This document shows, piece after piece, positions 1 to 12,167 of a stretch of DNA of 64,000 nt. The DNA is from Eledone cirrhosa (Eukaryota). Each line of letters opens with the position of its first letter. Positions within the stretch are counted from its first letter, which is position 1. Both the position numbers and the translations under genes were made by a program. The stretch spans positions 86,056,001 to 86,120,000 of the forward strand of contig OZ024740.1 of NCBI GenBank assembly GCA_964016885.1. Direction: 5' to 3'. The notes beneath the pieces were generated by a model that was not told where the DNA came from, ran no database searches, and saw only the letters and a list, made by a program, of their open reading frames with translations.

Positions 1-104
1 GGTGTAGTGAGAGAGTGAGAGAAAGTGAGGCATGTAGTTGGATATAGAGAGGGGGGAGATGTTTTGTGGTTCTGTAAGAGAGGGGAAATTGTGACAGTAT
101 AGGA

Positions 105-510
105 GATATATATCTAGCTTACTCTTTTCCCCTCACTCAATATACATAACTTACTCTCTTCCTTCTCTTTCAATATATCTAGCTTACTCTCTGCCACCCC
201 CTCAATATATTTAGCTCTACTATATATATATAGCTTACTCTTCCCCTCTCCTCCACTCTCTCCACCCCTCTCTCCCCTCTCTCAATATATGTAATTAATC
301 CTCTCCCCCTCTGTCAATATATCTAGCTTACTCTCTCCCCTTCTCTCTCAATATGCCAAGCTTATTTTTTGCCCCCTCTCAACATGTCTAGCTTACACTC
401 ATCCCACTCTCAATATACATAACCTACTCCCCACCCATTCTTCATACATAACTTATGTTCTCCCTCTCACTCTATATACATAACTTACTCTCTTCCCTCT
501 CTCTATATAA
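105..510. repeat. Degenerate ~35-bp minisatellite (tcaatatatctagcttactctct...)
   Basis: Motif aatata(t/c)(c/a)tagcttactct recurs about 10 times at ~32-38 bp spacing. Confidence 0.7.
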
Positions 511-629
511 TAATAAAAACCAGCTCAGACAACAACCCTCCATTTCGCATTCTCTTAGTTTTTTTAAAACATATTCTACATTAACACTCGCCTCTCTTCC
601 TTCTCTCGCAATTCATATATATATATACA

Positions 630-1598
630 AGCAGCAGTACCCAGCGTTGCCTGGGTAGGTAAAATAATATCTGCTTTGATGAAAAGATGTTGATCTTAGC
701 GACTGCTTCTCGATGACTCATCTATGGCCACACACAGGCCATGCGGGGGAGGATGGTGATGACCTCTATCACTGACAAACGCGGGTGACTGACGAAGAGG
801 CATGCTGGAGGAGGGAGGTAATGACCTCTAACACGAAGCCAAATTTCCTCACGCTACTTGATTGGAAACCGATGAATTCTTAAATACACAACTAAAAGCT
901 CAGATGACGTCAGTGGCCATCGTTTTGCCTTTGACCATCTATAAGATGTGCAATGATAGGTTCTATCGTAGTATAAAAGTTGAACCAAATGAATTGATTC
1001 ATGCGTTAGGTGGGGGCCGAAGTTTCGATTTGAATGAAATCGGTTGAAAAACGTGGGAGCTAGAGCCGGAAAGGCGGAAATTTGAGAAAAAAGGTGGTAT
1101 TTTCGAATATTTAAACGGCTGCCACGCCGTTCCTGAACAAAGAAATCCAAAATGTAAAGCCACTTTAAGACTTGAAATAATCATATGTAGCATATGTAAA
1201 ATTTGAACAAAGTAGGTTGATTAATGTCGGAGCTAGAGCCAAAGAAGTGGACATTTGAGTAAAAAAGTGGTATTTTTGAATATTTAAGCAGCTGCCACGC
1301 CGTCCCTGAACAACAAATGTAACATATAAAGCCATTACAGGATGTGCAATGATAAATTCTATTTTGCTTTAAAATTTGAACGAAATCGGTGGCAAAATGT
1401 GGTAGCTAGAGCCAAACATCTTATTTTTCGATACCTAAAAAAAGGTGACCCCTATCGATTTTTAGCTGCAGAATGACCCCTGAATAAAAAAAAACGATAC
1501 GCTGATACATAAAAAACACTCCCCGATGACTAATCTATGAGCCTGTAAAGTTTCATGAAAATCGGTCGTAAGATGTAGGCCCCAATAGGTAATACAAA

Positions 1599-1667
<69 letters not shown>

Positions 1668-1680
1668 TTAATTTTATATA
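630..1680 (+). mobile_element. Non-autonomous DINE-1/HINE (Helentron/Helitron-like) element with internal ~174-bp tandem repeat
   Basis: Start gcagtacccagcgttgcctggg is shared with ~9775-9800; agctagagcc recurs at ~1058, 1231, 1404; aaatttgaacgaaatcgg / aaagtttcatgaaaatcgg motifs precede a (CA)n tract. Class assignment is inference. Confidence 0.45.
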
Positions 1681-1686
1681 TATACA

Positions 1687-1775
<89 letters not shown>

Positions 1776-1897
1776 AGGTGGTGAGTTTTATTGTAGCACA
1801 ATAAAGCAATGCAAATATCGGATAAATAGCACTCAACAGTTTATAGGACTGGAGTATAAATAATATAAGATCAAAAGAGAGTTAAAAGAGTTCCATG

Positions 1898-1968
1898 TAT
1901 TTTATTATGCGCATTTCAAAAAGAAATATCATCATGGGATGATATTTGCGTTCTCATCAGACAAAATA
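1898..1968 (-). ncRNA. Type I hammerhead ribozyme
   Basis: Minus strand: UAUUUUGU-CUGAUGA-[stem II AAAUAUCAUC/GAUGAUAUUU]-GAAA-UGCGCA-UA-AUAAAAUA; same family as 34943-35013. Confidence 0.75.
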
Positions 1969-2215
1969 GGGAGACATGATATGAAGCTTAAAAAACACTT
2001 GCGAGCAGTGAAGTGTTAAATCAACATATGAAAAATAAAATAAGATGGATATATGAGATTGGGAAAAAAAAAAATAAATAAAAAAGAAGGTAGGGGGAAG
2101 GAAAAGGTATAACATCTCAGAGTAATAACATTTAATTTAAAGGGCTTTGCAAATTGAAGATAGCGACCGGTAAACCAGCCGCGGGGTCCGTAGTAACGAA
2201 AAAACTGACTCGCAC

Positions 2216-2301
<86 letters not shown>

Positions 2302-2806
2302 CCTGGACCATCACTTCGAAATTTTGCAATGTCTCAGTTAGGTTTCTGTGAAATCCAGAATCAACAAAATCCGCTTGCAGTGTATGCAAGTTAAGTTTCT
2401 GGAAGATCGAACAGTGGATTTACTTTCTCAATAGGCTTTCGTTCTGACACCAATCCGGTTGTGATGGCACATGTTTCTCCAAAGGGAGCTAACCCCGGTT
2501 TATGGCGGTCAAATTCAAATTATGAGCAATGGAAAAAGTTCCATACACAAACTGAATTAACCACTCAACCAGAGCGTTATTAAACAAACATAAATATATA
2601 TATCAAGTAAAATAACGGAGTAAAGGACTCGCGTATAACCCTGTAATTCAAGGAGCTGAAAGGAAAGAGATTTTCTGGGCACAATATAGAGAGGAAAAAC
2701 ACAGGAGAATGTGTTTTCATTTACAGGTTTTAACCACTAGCGTGAAGAGAATATGAGCTAATAGAGGTGTAGGAGAAACGTGGTTAAAATCCTGTAAACG
2801 AGAACA

Positions 2807-3000
<194 letters not shown>

Positions 3001-3525
3001 ATATTTGGGGAGGGTCATATTTGCGTAATATTGCCAGAATTAATAACAGAACACACTCACTGTTTGGTTGGTTTTCGCTTCTCGCTGTCTTTTATATATA
3101 TATATCTGCGATCTAACTTACTCGGTCCTCAATGTTGCCATTGACTGACCGGCGGTCAAAAATAATACAGATACAATATAGACAAACACATATATATATA
3201 GTTTACATAAATCTTTCGTTGCACATCTGCAACATCGTCAGTGGTGTTATATTCATTGTTCCTCCTGTTGTGTTGTATGTCTACGCCATTTTTTTTTGTT
3301 CAGTCTGTCTATATATTTATTTATTTATTTGCTTGTTTGTTTATCTTATTTTATTTTGTCTTCTTTGCGCATGCGTTTGCGTGTGTGTATAGTGTTATGT
3401 GTGATGTGTGATGTGTGACTAGTGTGTATAGTGTTGTCTGCTGGGTGACTAGTGTGTGTTTATGTGCTTGTGTATGTATTTATTTATCTTATTTTATTTA
3501 ATTTAATTTACTTATTTATTTATAT

Positions 3526-4437
3526 TTGGCCTCCAAATACCTGATACTCAAAAACTCAGCAATGTCCAGTAGTGCTAAGTTTAATATTCTGATCGCAGAT
3601 TTGGTACGAGTGATGAAGAATGTGTCCAGCATGTGCGACCCAACAGAAATGGAAGGACACATCCAACACTTCATCAACCGCATGCAGTTCTCTGGCTACA
3701 ACCAAAGAGACAGAGTCAGAGTATACGAAGGAGCCATGGAAAAGTATAAGACCCTCATAGAACTGGACATGAAAGGAATTTGCCCACTATACAGGAGCAA
3801 ATCATGGAATAGCTTAGATAGGGCTAGACATAAGATAGGGAAGGCCACATCATGGTACGACAACCAGAGATATCAGAGTGTCATGTTTGTGGACGCCACC
3901 CCTGGAGGGAAATTAGCTAACCAGTGTAGAAAGGCCCTGAGAAAGACCCACTTAAAAATAAAGGTGGTAGAAAAGCCAGGAACCACCATAAAATCCCTGA
4001 TCAGCAAAACCTACCCTTTTAAGAAAACCCACTGTACCAATAGGAAATGTATCATATGTAAGGTGAACCCCCGGATAAACTGTAAAACTAGAAACGTAGT
4101 CTATAGCATAAGATGTACAGAGGGTACTTGCAGAAACACGACAACAACATACATAGGTGAGACAGCTCGTAGCATAGGTGAAAGGATAGACCAACACTGG
4201 GGGGAACTAAAAGGACGAAAAAACGGGTCAGTACTATACGAACATGCTAGACAACATCATGACGGTAACATAGACAACATAGAAATTAGAATAATATCTA
4301 AACATAGGAATGACCCAGCAGATAGGCAAATCAGAGAGGCCAGTGAAATAGAAATTAGAAGACCAAAGCTAAACAGAAAGAATGAGTGGAACAACAACAA
4401 CACCCAAACAAACAACACTGACCTAAGAGAAGTATAA
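3526..4437 (+). pseudogene. 5'-truncated duplicate of the PLE ORF C-terminus (thumb/linker + GIY-YIG, in frame)
   Basis: Matches 7661-8572; VVYSIRC...TYIGETARS..ER...H...REASEI..LN motifs. Confidence 0.85.
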
Positions 4438-4710
4438 ATAAATAAGTAAATTAAATTAAATAAAATAAGATAAATAAATACATACACAAGCACATAAACA
4501 CACACTAGTCACCCAGCAGACAACACTATACACACTAGTCACACATCACACATCACACATAACACTATACACACACGCAAACGCATGCGCAAAGAAGACA
4601 AAATAAAATAAGATAAACAAACAAGCAAATAAATAAATAAATATATAGACAGACTGAACAAAAAAAAATGGCGTAGACATACAACACAACAGGAGGAACA
4701 ATGAATATAA

Positions 4711-4755
4711 CACCACTGACGATGTTGCAGATGTGCAACGAAAGATTTATGTAAA
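4711..4755 (+). ncRNA. Minimal hammerhead motif in the PLE pLTR (copies at 8847-8891 + and 3202-3246 -)
   Basis: CUGACGA-U-GUUGCA-GAUG-UGCAAC-GAAA-GAUUUA; stem II is perfect, stems I and III are weak. Confidence 0.55.
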
Positions 4756-4938
4756 CTATATATATATGTGTTTGTCTATATTGTATCTGTATTATTTTTG
4801 ACCGCCGGTCAGTCAATGGCAACATTGAGGACCGAGTAAGTTAGATCGCAGATATATATATATAAAAGACAGCGAGAAGCGAAAACCAACCAAACAGTGA
4901 GTGTGTTCTGTTATTAATTCTGGCAATATTACGCAAAT

Positions 4939-7900
4939 ATGACCCTCCCCAAATATAACAATATCTGTTTCGACACACGATTTCATATAAAAAACCTCGC
5001 AAAACTAATTCATCGCCGCTATGGCATTAGCTTGTGCCAAGCTGAAAGGTTATTGAAAGACACTGTTTTCTGTTATATAAAAACTACAATAACAACAGAA
5101 CAAATCCGCTTCTTAAAACACTGTGTTTCCTCCAAAACATACACAACAAACATATCAAAACAAGTAAATAATTTATTATTGAACAAAACACAAGCTGAAC
5201 GGCTAAAACACACAATAACAGTTAATATGAAAAGAACAACATACACAAAAGTCAACGCACTCTACAGACAAAAACGCATCAACGGTAAGGAAATCCGAAA
5301 TCTCATCACAGCAAACGAGAGAGATGACTTCATGAGCGTCATCCGACGCGAAACGAAATATGCTCAAAACGAATGCTGTAGGCATTTCAAGAAGAAATTA
5401 GAATGGATGAATAAGAAAAAACTACAAGAAAGGAAAATCGAATATTCTCAAAAATACCCAGATAACATCGACAACATCCGTATGAGTGATGTAAAACTAC
5501 CGGAAGAATTTACCAATGACCACACAGTAAATATCTATGGGAACACTTTAATCAGTGAACAAGAACAACAAATCCTAAAGTTACCACCAAAATTTGCCAT
5601 CTACAAAAAGATTAATCCTATGGAATGCAAAACGGAGCTGGAAAAGTGTTTCACAAAAATACGTTGGAATGCAAAGGTAAACAACAACAACAACAATAAT
5701 AACGGTAGTAGTAATATAAACAATAACTCTGGGTATAGAAACAACAGCCATAACCATAACAATGGCAGGAAAGTGAGAAATAGTGATAATGGTAATAATA
5801 CTAGCGATAGACAGAACAACAACAACCACAATAATAATAATAATAGAAACGTTAACCACAGACACAGCAACAGTGACCACAGTAGTAATAACGGTAACAA
5901 TACGAACAACAACAACAACAATAACCACAGTGGTAATAATGGAAATAGTACATGTAGCAACATCAACAAAAACAAGAAACATAATAATAGTAACAACCAC
6001 AATGGTAGAAATAGCAGTAACAACAACAATAACGGTGAAGTAAACAACAATACATCTAACAATCATAACAATAATAATATTAATGCTAAGGATAGAAACA
6101 ACAACAACCACCATGATAACAATAATAGCAACACACACAACTATGACGATAGAAATAACGACAACCCCTTAGAGAAACTATTTTTCAACCCAGCTGACAA
6201 AACATATAAGATGGGTAATATCTATCCTACGAGGTTACCCTTTAATAAAAGAGTTTGCATACCACAACAAATAGATGACGAGACGGAGGCACAGTTCACC
6301 ATAGCTAGAAATAAGATTAGACAAGTAGTAGACAGGTACACTATGAGACAGAGCAGACCAGAGGCCCAACAACTTGGGATAAAACCTGTAGAAGGCTTGG
6401 TTAGCCTCAAGCAGCGCACAAGGGATGGTGAGGTAGTGTGTCTACCCACAGATAAGTCTGGTAGGATGTCAATAGATAGCATGCCGAACTACATCGAGGC
6501 AATGCAACCCCACATCACCAACACGAGCGAAGTTGCACAACTAACACACGATGGGAGAGAAAAAATCCTCAACGCTCACATGATGATGTGGACTGACATC
6601 CTAAAGCCAAGCAGACGCACTGCCAACAACTTCCAGGCGTCTAACAATGGCATACCACCCTTGTATGGGCTCCGCAAAGACCACAAGACAGTCGACGACC
6701 CGACAATAGGACCACCAACAAGACCTGTATGTGGAGCTAATATAGCTAGCAACTACAGGATCTCCTACTTCCTCTCAATGGTTATACGCCCCATAATCAA
6801 GATGTCCCCAGATGTATGTGAAAGTACAGAGGACCTCCTCAGCAGAATCAGTGAGTGCAACAAAAACAGGAGCCTATCCAACTGCATAATAGGCAGCATG
6901 GATGTGGTGTCACTGTACCCATCCATTAACATTGATTTTGCTGTGAAAAGATGTGTGGAGATGATCATTGAGAGTGAGGTGGAGTTCTGCGACGTCGACA
7001 CAGACGAACTGGGCCTCCTACTTAGACTTACCTACGACACTGACTACCTAGACAGCCATGACCTTAGATGTTTCTGCCCTAGTAGACCTATAAGAGGTAG
7101 ACCCCCCACCATAACCTCAATGGCTAAAAAGACTCCCATAGGAAGGTGGATTGGGTGGACCAAAGCTATACGGACCCCCCAAAACACTGATCAGGTAAGA
7201 AAAATGGTCGCACATGCAATAGGGGCTAGTATCAAAACTACCCTAAAGGGCCACATATTTAAGTTCAATGAGAAAATCTACACCCAAAATGAGGGAGCAG
7301 CCATCGGCGTCAGCATAGCTGGCGATGTTGCCAACCTTTTCATGGTATGGTGGGAAAGGAGACTTAAAGATCTCCTTAATGAAAGCTCCATAGACCTCAT
7401 CATGTACTCTCGTTATGTAGACGATATCAATATAGTTATAAGAACACCCCCACTAGAGAGCACTAACAAGTTTGATTTAGAACGTAGCACGATGGAAAGC
7501 ATCCAGCAGATAGCTAATTCCATACACCAGAGTATAACTGTAACTATAGACTTCCCTTCCAAACACCCTAACAATAGACTACCTGTATTAGACACAGAAC
7601 TCTGGATTAACACTATAGACGAGAGAGCCCAAATTCTCCACTCACACTATGCTAAACCCATGGCCTCCAAATACCTGATACTCAAAAACTCAGCAATGTC
7701 CAGTAGTGCTAAGTTTAATATTCTGATCGCAGATTTGGTACGAGTGATGAAGAATGTGTCCAGCATGTGCGACCCAACAGAAATGGAAGGACACATCCAA
7801 CACTTCATCAACCGCATGCAGTTCTCTGGCTACAACCAAAGAGACAGAGTCAGAGTATACGAAGGAGCCATGGAAAAGTATAAGACCCTCATAGAACTGG

Positions 7901-8572
7901 ACATGAAAGGAATTTGCCCACTATACAGGAGCAAATCATGGAATAGCTTAGATAGGGCTAGACATAAGATAGGGAAGGCCACATCATGGTACGACAACCA
8001 GAGATATCAGAGTGTCATGTTTGTGGACGCCACCCCTGGAGGGAAATTAGCTAACCAGTGTAGAAAGGCCCTGAGAAAGACCCACTTAAAAATAAAGGTG
8101 GTAGAAAAGCCAGGAACCACCATAAAATCCCTGATCAGCAAAACCTACCCTTTTAAGAAAACCCACTGTACCAATAGGAAATGTATCATATGTAAGGTGA
8201 ACCCCCGGATAAACTGTAAAACTAGAAACGTAGTCTATAGCATAAGATGTACAGAGGGTACTTGCAGAAACACGACAACAACATACATAGGTGAGACAGC
8301 TCGTAGCATAGGTGAAAGGATAGACCAACACTGGGGGGAACTAAAAGGACGAAAAAAACGGGTCAGTACTATACGAACATGCTAGACAACATCATGACGG
8401 TAACATAGACAACATAGAAATTAGAATAATATCTAAACATAGGAATGACCCAGCAGATAGGCAAATCAGAGAGGCCAGTGAAATAGAAATTAGAAGACCA
8501 AAGCTAAACAGAAAGAATGAGTGGAACAACAACAACACCCAAACAAACAACACTGACCTAAGAGAAGTATAA
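4939..8572 (+). CDS. PLE polyprotein (Asn-rich N-terminal region, reverse transcriptase, GIY-YIG endonuclease); +1 frameshift in an A-run at 8352-8358
   Basis: 1148-aa ORF with LYGLRKDHK, RPVCG, SMDVVSLYPSI, GAAIG, YSRYVDD, LPVLD, Cys-linker, VVY..YIGET. The upstream duplicate has A6 where this copy has A7, which restores the frame to the stop at 8572. Confidence 0.9.
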
Positions 8573-9154
8573 ATAAATAAGTAAATTAAATTAAATAAAA
8601 TAAGATAAATAAATACATACACAAGCACATAAACACACACTAGTCACCCAGCAGACAACACTATACACACTAGTCACACATCACACATCACACATAACAC
8701 TATACACACACGCAAACGCATGCGCAAAGAAGACAAAATAAAATAAGATAAACAAACAAGCAAATAAATAAATAAATATATAGACAGACTGAACAAAAAA
8801 AAAATGGCGTAGACATACAACACAACAGGAGGAACAATGAATATAACACCACTGACGATGTTGCAGATGTGCAACGAAAGATTTATGTAAACTATATATA
8901 TATGTGTTTGTCTATATTGTATCTGTATTATTTTTGACCGCCGGTCAGTCAATGGCAACATTGAGGACCGAGTAAGTTAGATCGCAGATATATATATATA
9001 AAAGACAGCGAGAAGCGAAAACCAACCAAACAGTGAGTGTGTTCTGTTATTAATTCTGGCAATATTACGCAAATATGACCCTCCCCAAATATAACAATAT
9101 CTGTTTCGACACACGATTTCATATAAAAAACCTCGCAAAACTAATTCATCGCCG

Positions 9155-9201
<47 letters not shown>

Positions 9202-9426
9202 CATATATACATACATACATATCAACAGACTGGCAGAGGTGTACAGTCCTGGTGAAAGGCAATGACCCAGAAACATGTTTATAGTTCCTCAATGCCAGTG
9301 TTGATCAAACGGATGACAACTTGTCGTCGGCACAGCTTTAATCGGGCCGTTTGTTTACAAACGAATCGAATATTATTATTAATGTTTGATATAACCCATA
9401 TGTAGATATGTATATGTGTGTGCGTG

Positions 9427-9506
<80 letters not shown>

Positions 9507-9772
9507 TATGCATACTTACATTTATGAATCAGCTGTGCTAGGTTGAGATAAAATTCTAATTTTATTTATTTTTTGTTGCTTTTTTTTATATATAAATGTA
9601 TTTTGGAACTTTCTGTGTTTTCAGGTTTTTATAGATTTTGCTGTCTGAAGAGCTCAGGCTAGCATAAGAGATAGTCCTCCATTAAATATGTATAACGGAG
9701 CTGTAAATAAACCAGAATCAACTGATTATGGCCTAACATCTTTTAATAATAGTAATGATAATAATAGTAATA

Positions 9773-10752
9773 ACTAGCAGAATGTCCCAGCGTTGCTCAG
9801 GATTTGCTCTCGGGTCTTTATATATTGGATATATATTTATCCTTATCGAGCCTCGTGAAATAAATACGTTTGTTTATATTTTGTTATTGTGTATGCACAA
9901 ATATCTATACACGAATATATAATTATATATCTAATATGTATTTGTGAAATGGGTGGTGGTTGAAATTCAGATGTGCACGGTTAAATGGTAGTAGACGTGA
10001 CCGGACGGACATGAAAATTTACACACCTATGTAAAATGTGCCAAGGAATCAAATAGATGTGGTTTCAAATCTCTAACATGAAATATGTGGTCCCTAGGGC
10101 CCCCAAACGGTCTATTTACTATCGCGTTCGGTGAGTTATTTCCCCCTATTCTAATACTTGGCTGAGTTATTTACAATTTCATACACATTTTTAAACTCAT
10201 CAACGTACTTTCGCTGTTAACATACAGTACCAATAATTTGAAAAATGTTATTGAAAGTTTATTATAAAGAAGCAGTTTCATGAAAAAGTGTAAACTATCA
10301 TACAAACCTTCATAATATGCATTTTAAAACTTGCATATCATCGTCATTGCTATTTCGCTGTTAATAAACTATCATCCTTCTACATTTAACGATCATACAG
10401 TACCGTTTTATGAAATCTATTCTGCACTACGGTCACTGTTTTACATCAAAAGAAATAAAACCCTTAAATTGCGAAGAAGGGACGCGTGTTTTTATTTTAA
10501 TCCTAATACATGTTAACCACCACTAACAGTAAGTAGTATTTTTCAAATTGCATATCATCGACATTGCTATTTCGCTGTAATAAACAACGCTTTTCACGTC
10601 GCTCCACTTCTCATTGTACGCCGTCCAGCCCCAAGTGCATATTTCTTTTTTTTTTTCTGAAATTGCTTCTTTATAATAAACTTTCAATAATATTTTTCAA
10701 ATTATTAACTTAATAAAAAGTGGCCCCGGATGCAACCGGGCTCAGCTGTTAG
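9773..10752. mobile_element. Probable non-autonomous Helitron/HINE-like element(s)
   Basis: Starts actagcagaatgtcccagcgttgctcagg, ends in hairpin cccggatgcaaccggg...ttagt; internal ~40-bp inverted repeat 10241-10280 / 10659-10697 and a direct repeat at 10332/10549. Confidence 0.35.
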
Positions 10753-10764
10753 TATATATATATA

Positions 10765-10890
10765 TATTAAAATAACAGATTAAAGTTTAAGCAAAGAATC
10801 GCTGCTTTCACCCTTAAAGGGACCTTCTAAAAGTTAAAAAAAAATCAATCTGTGAACGCAGAAGTAAATATTTCGAAAAACGTTACGCAC
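10765..10890 (-). mobile_element. 3'-terminal fragment of the Naiad-like PLE family
   Basis: Matches 12165-12290 and 44251-44370 (tattaaaataacagattaaagtttaagcaaagaatcgctgctttcaccc). Confidence 0.7.
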
Positions 10891-10933
<43 letters not shown>

Positions 10934-11831
10934 CCAGCGTCATAATGTCGTAATGCAGACAGCCGACACACAGACAGATATTATAAGGGCACAACGTTAT
11001 ATGTATGTATCTATCTAAAAAGAAAGACTAAGAATAATAGAGAGAGATCGCTAAATCGCCTAATGCGGTCCCTAGGGCATTAAAAAATTGGACCATAAGT
11101 ATTGCATGTGTAAAGTTTGAAAACAATCGGTTGGGTGGTTCTCAAGTTTCAGACAGACAGACAGACCCAATCAGTATAATCAACCATACGAAAAATCATT
11201 TAAACGAGGGTATAAGTTTAAAATATATCTATAAAGAAATAATAGATAAATAAATGATAGCTTTTTATCCGCGATTCAGAGCCACAGAAAATTTACCTAG
11301 AGGGAGAAGAAATACTGTATATATTTTATCTAATGATATATTTTATCTAATAATTCTATGGACTTACTTTCTTATATATTGCTCTGATTGTTGATTATTT
11401 AATTAATTAATTCGTCATTGAGCCACACCGTGAATGGTTGCCAAAAACATATATATATATAAGAGGGTGTTAAAGTTTGCTTGAAGCATTGTGAAATGTG
11501 TAAAAATACGTATTTAAGAAAGCCACAACAATGCAAAGGGAAATCTCGAGGTAGGAAGTGAAATATAGATAGGAAAAACAGGTGAAAGTGAAAGTTGAGA
11601 GAGACAAAGATGAAAACAAAACAAAGGTAGAAGGGTTACCGTAGTAGAGATTTAATCCCAATATTTCGGGCTCATGCCCATCAACGGGGGAAAAATTCCA
11701 AAAGAGGGGGAACAGGCCAAGCGGAGAAAGCTGTGATGTCGTTAAGACAGGAATGCCGTTAATATATATATATGCCGTTAATATATATATATGCCGTTAA
11801 TATATATATATGCCGTTAATATATATATATA

Positions 11832-12022
11832 TTTCGTTTCTGAATTTGTTTAGCAAGATTCTTTATCTGAAATCGTGTGTTGAAACCGATATTGTTATAC
11901 TTTGTTATAGTTTGTAGATTTGTAAATTTATGAATTTATAAATATATAATAAATTGAAGTGAAAGCAACTGGTGCGTGTGTTTCTTATTGGCAACATGAC
12001 CCTCCCAAAGTATAACAATATA
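11832..12022 (-). mobile_element. Mini-remnant of a relative of the 2993-9158 PLE
   Basis: Minus 11832-11904 reads KYNNIGFNTRFQIKNLAKQIQKR; plus 11997-12020 reads MTLPKYNN; both flanked by TA. Confidence 0.7.
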
Positions 12023-12028
12023 TATATA

Positions 12029-12092
12029 TTCTTTTACCTTTCTTTTACCTGTTTCAGCCATCCGGCTGAGGCCATGCTGGGGCACCGCCCTT
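12029..12092 (-). mobile_element. Octopus-type SINE fragment
   Basis: tcttttacctgtttcagccatccggctgaggccatgctggggcaccgcc resembles a common octopus SINE end (from memory). Confidence 0.5.
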
Positions 12093-12093
12093 G

Positions 12094-12164
<71 letters not shown>

Positions 12165-12167
<3 letters not shown>

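Noticed and set aside
3132-3392. Repeated 86-aa [11 protein letters not shown] (also 4565-4825, 8674-8961)
   Set aside because: Antisense reading of the pLTR; it recurs only because the pLTR is triplicated
5581-6138. Hydrophobic Leu/Val-rich minus-strand ORFs (also 49531-49974, 55295-55675)
   Set aside because: Antisense of Asn/Ser codon tracts, not membrane proteins
3527-9158. 1.5-kb direct repeats as true LTRs of an LTR retrotransposon
   Set aside because: No TG..CA ends, gag, protease or integrase; the repeats contain the GIY-YIG coding region, typical of PLE partial tandems
11753-11830. Four copies of atgccgttaatatatat, superficially CRISPR-like
   Set aside because: No unique spacers and a eukaryotic context; a simple minisatellite
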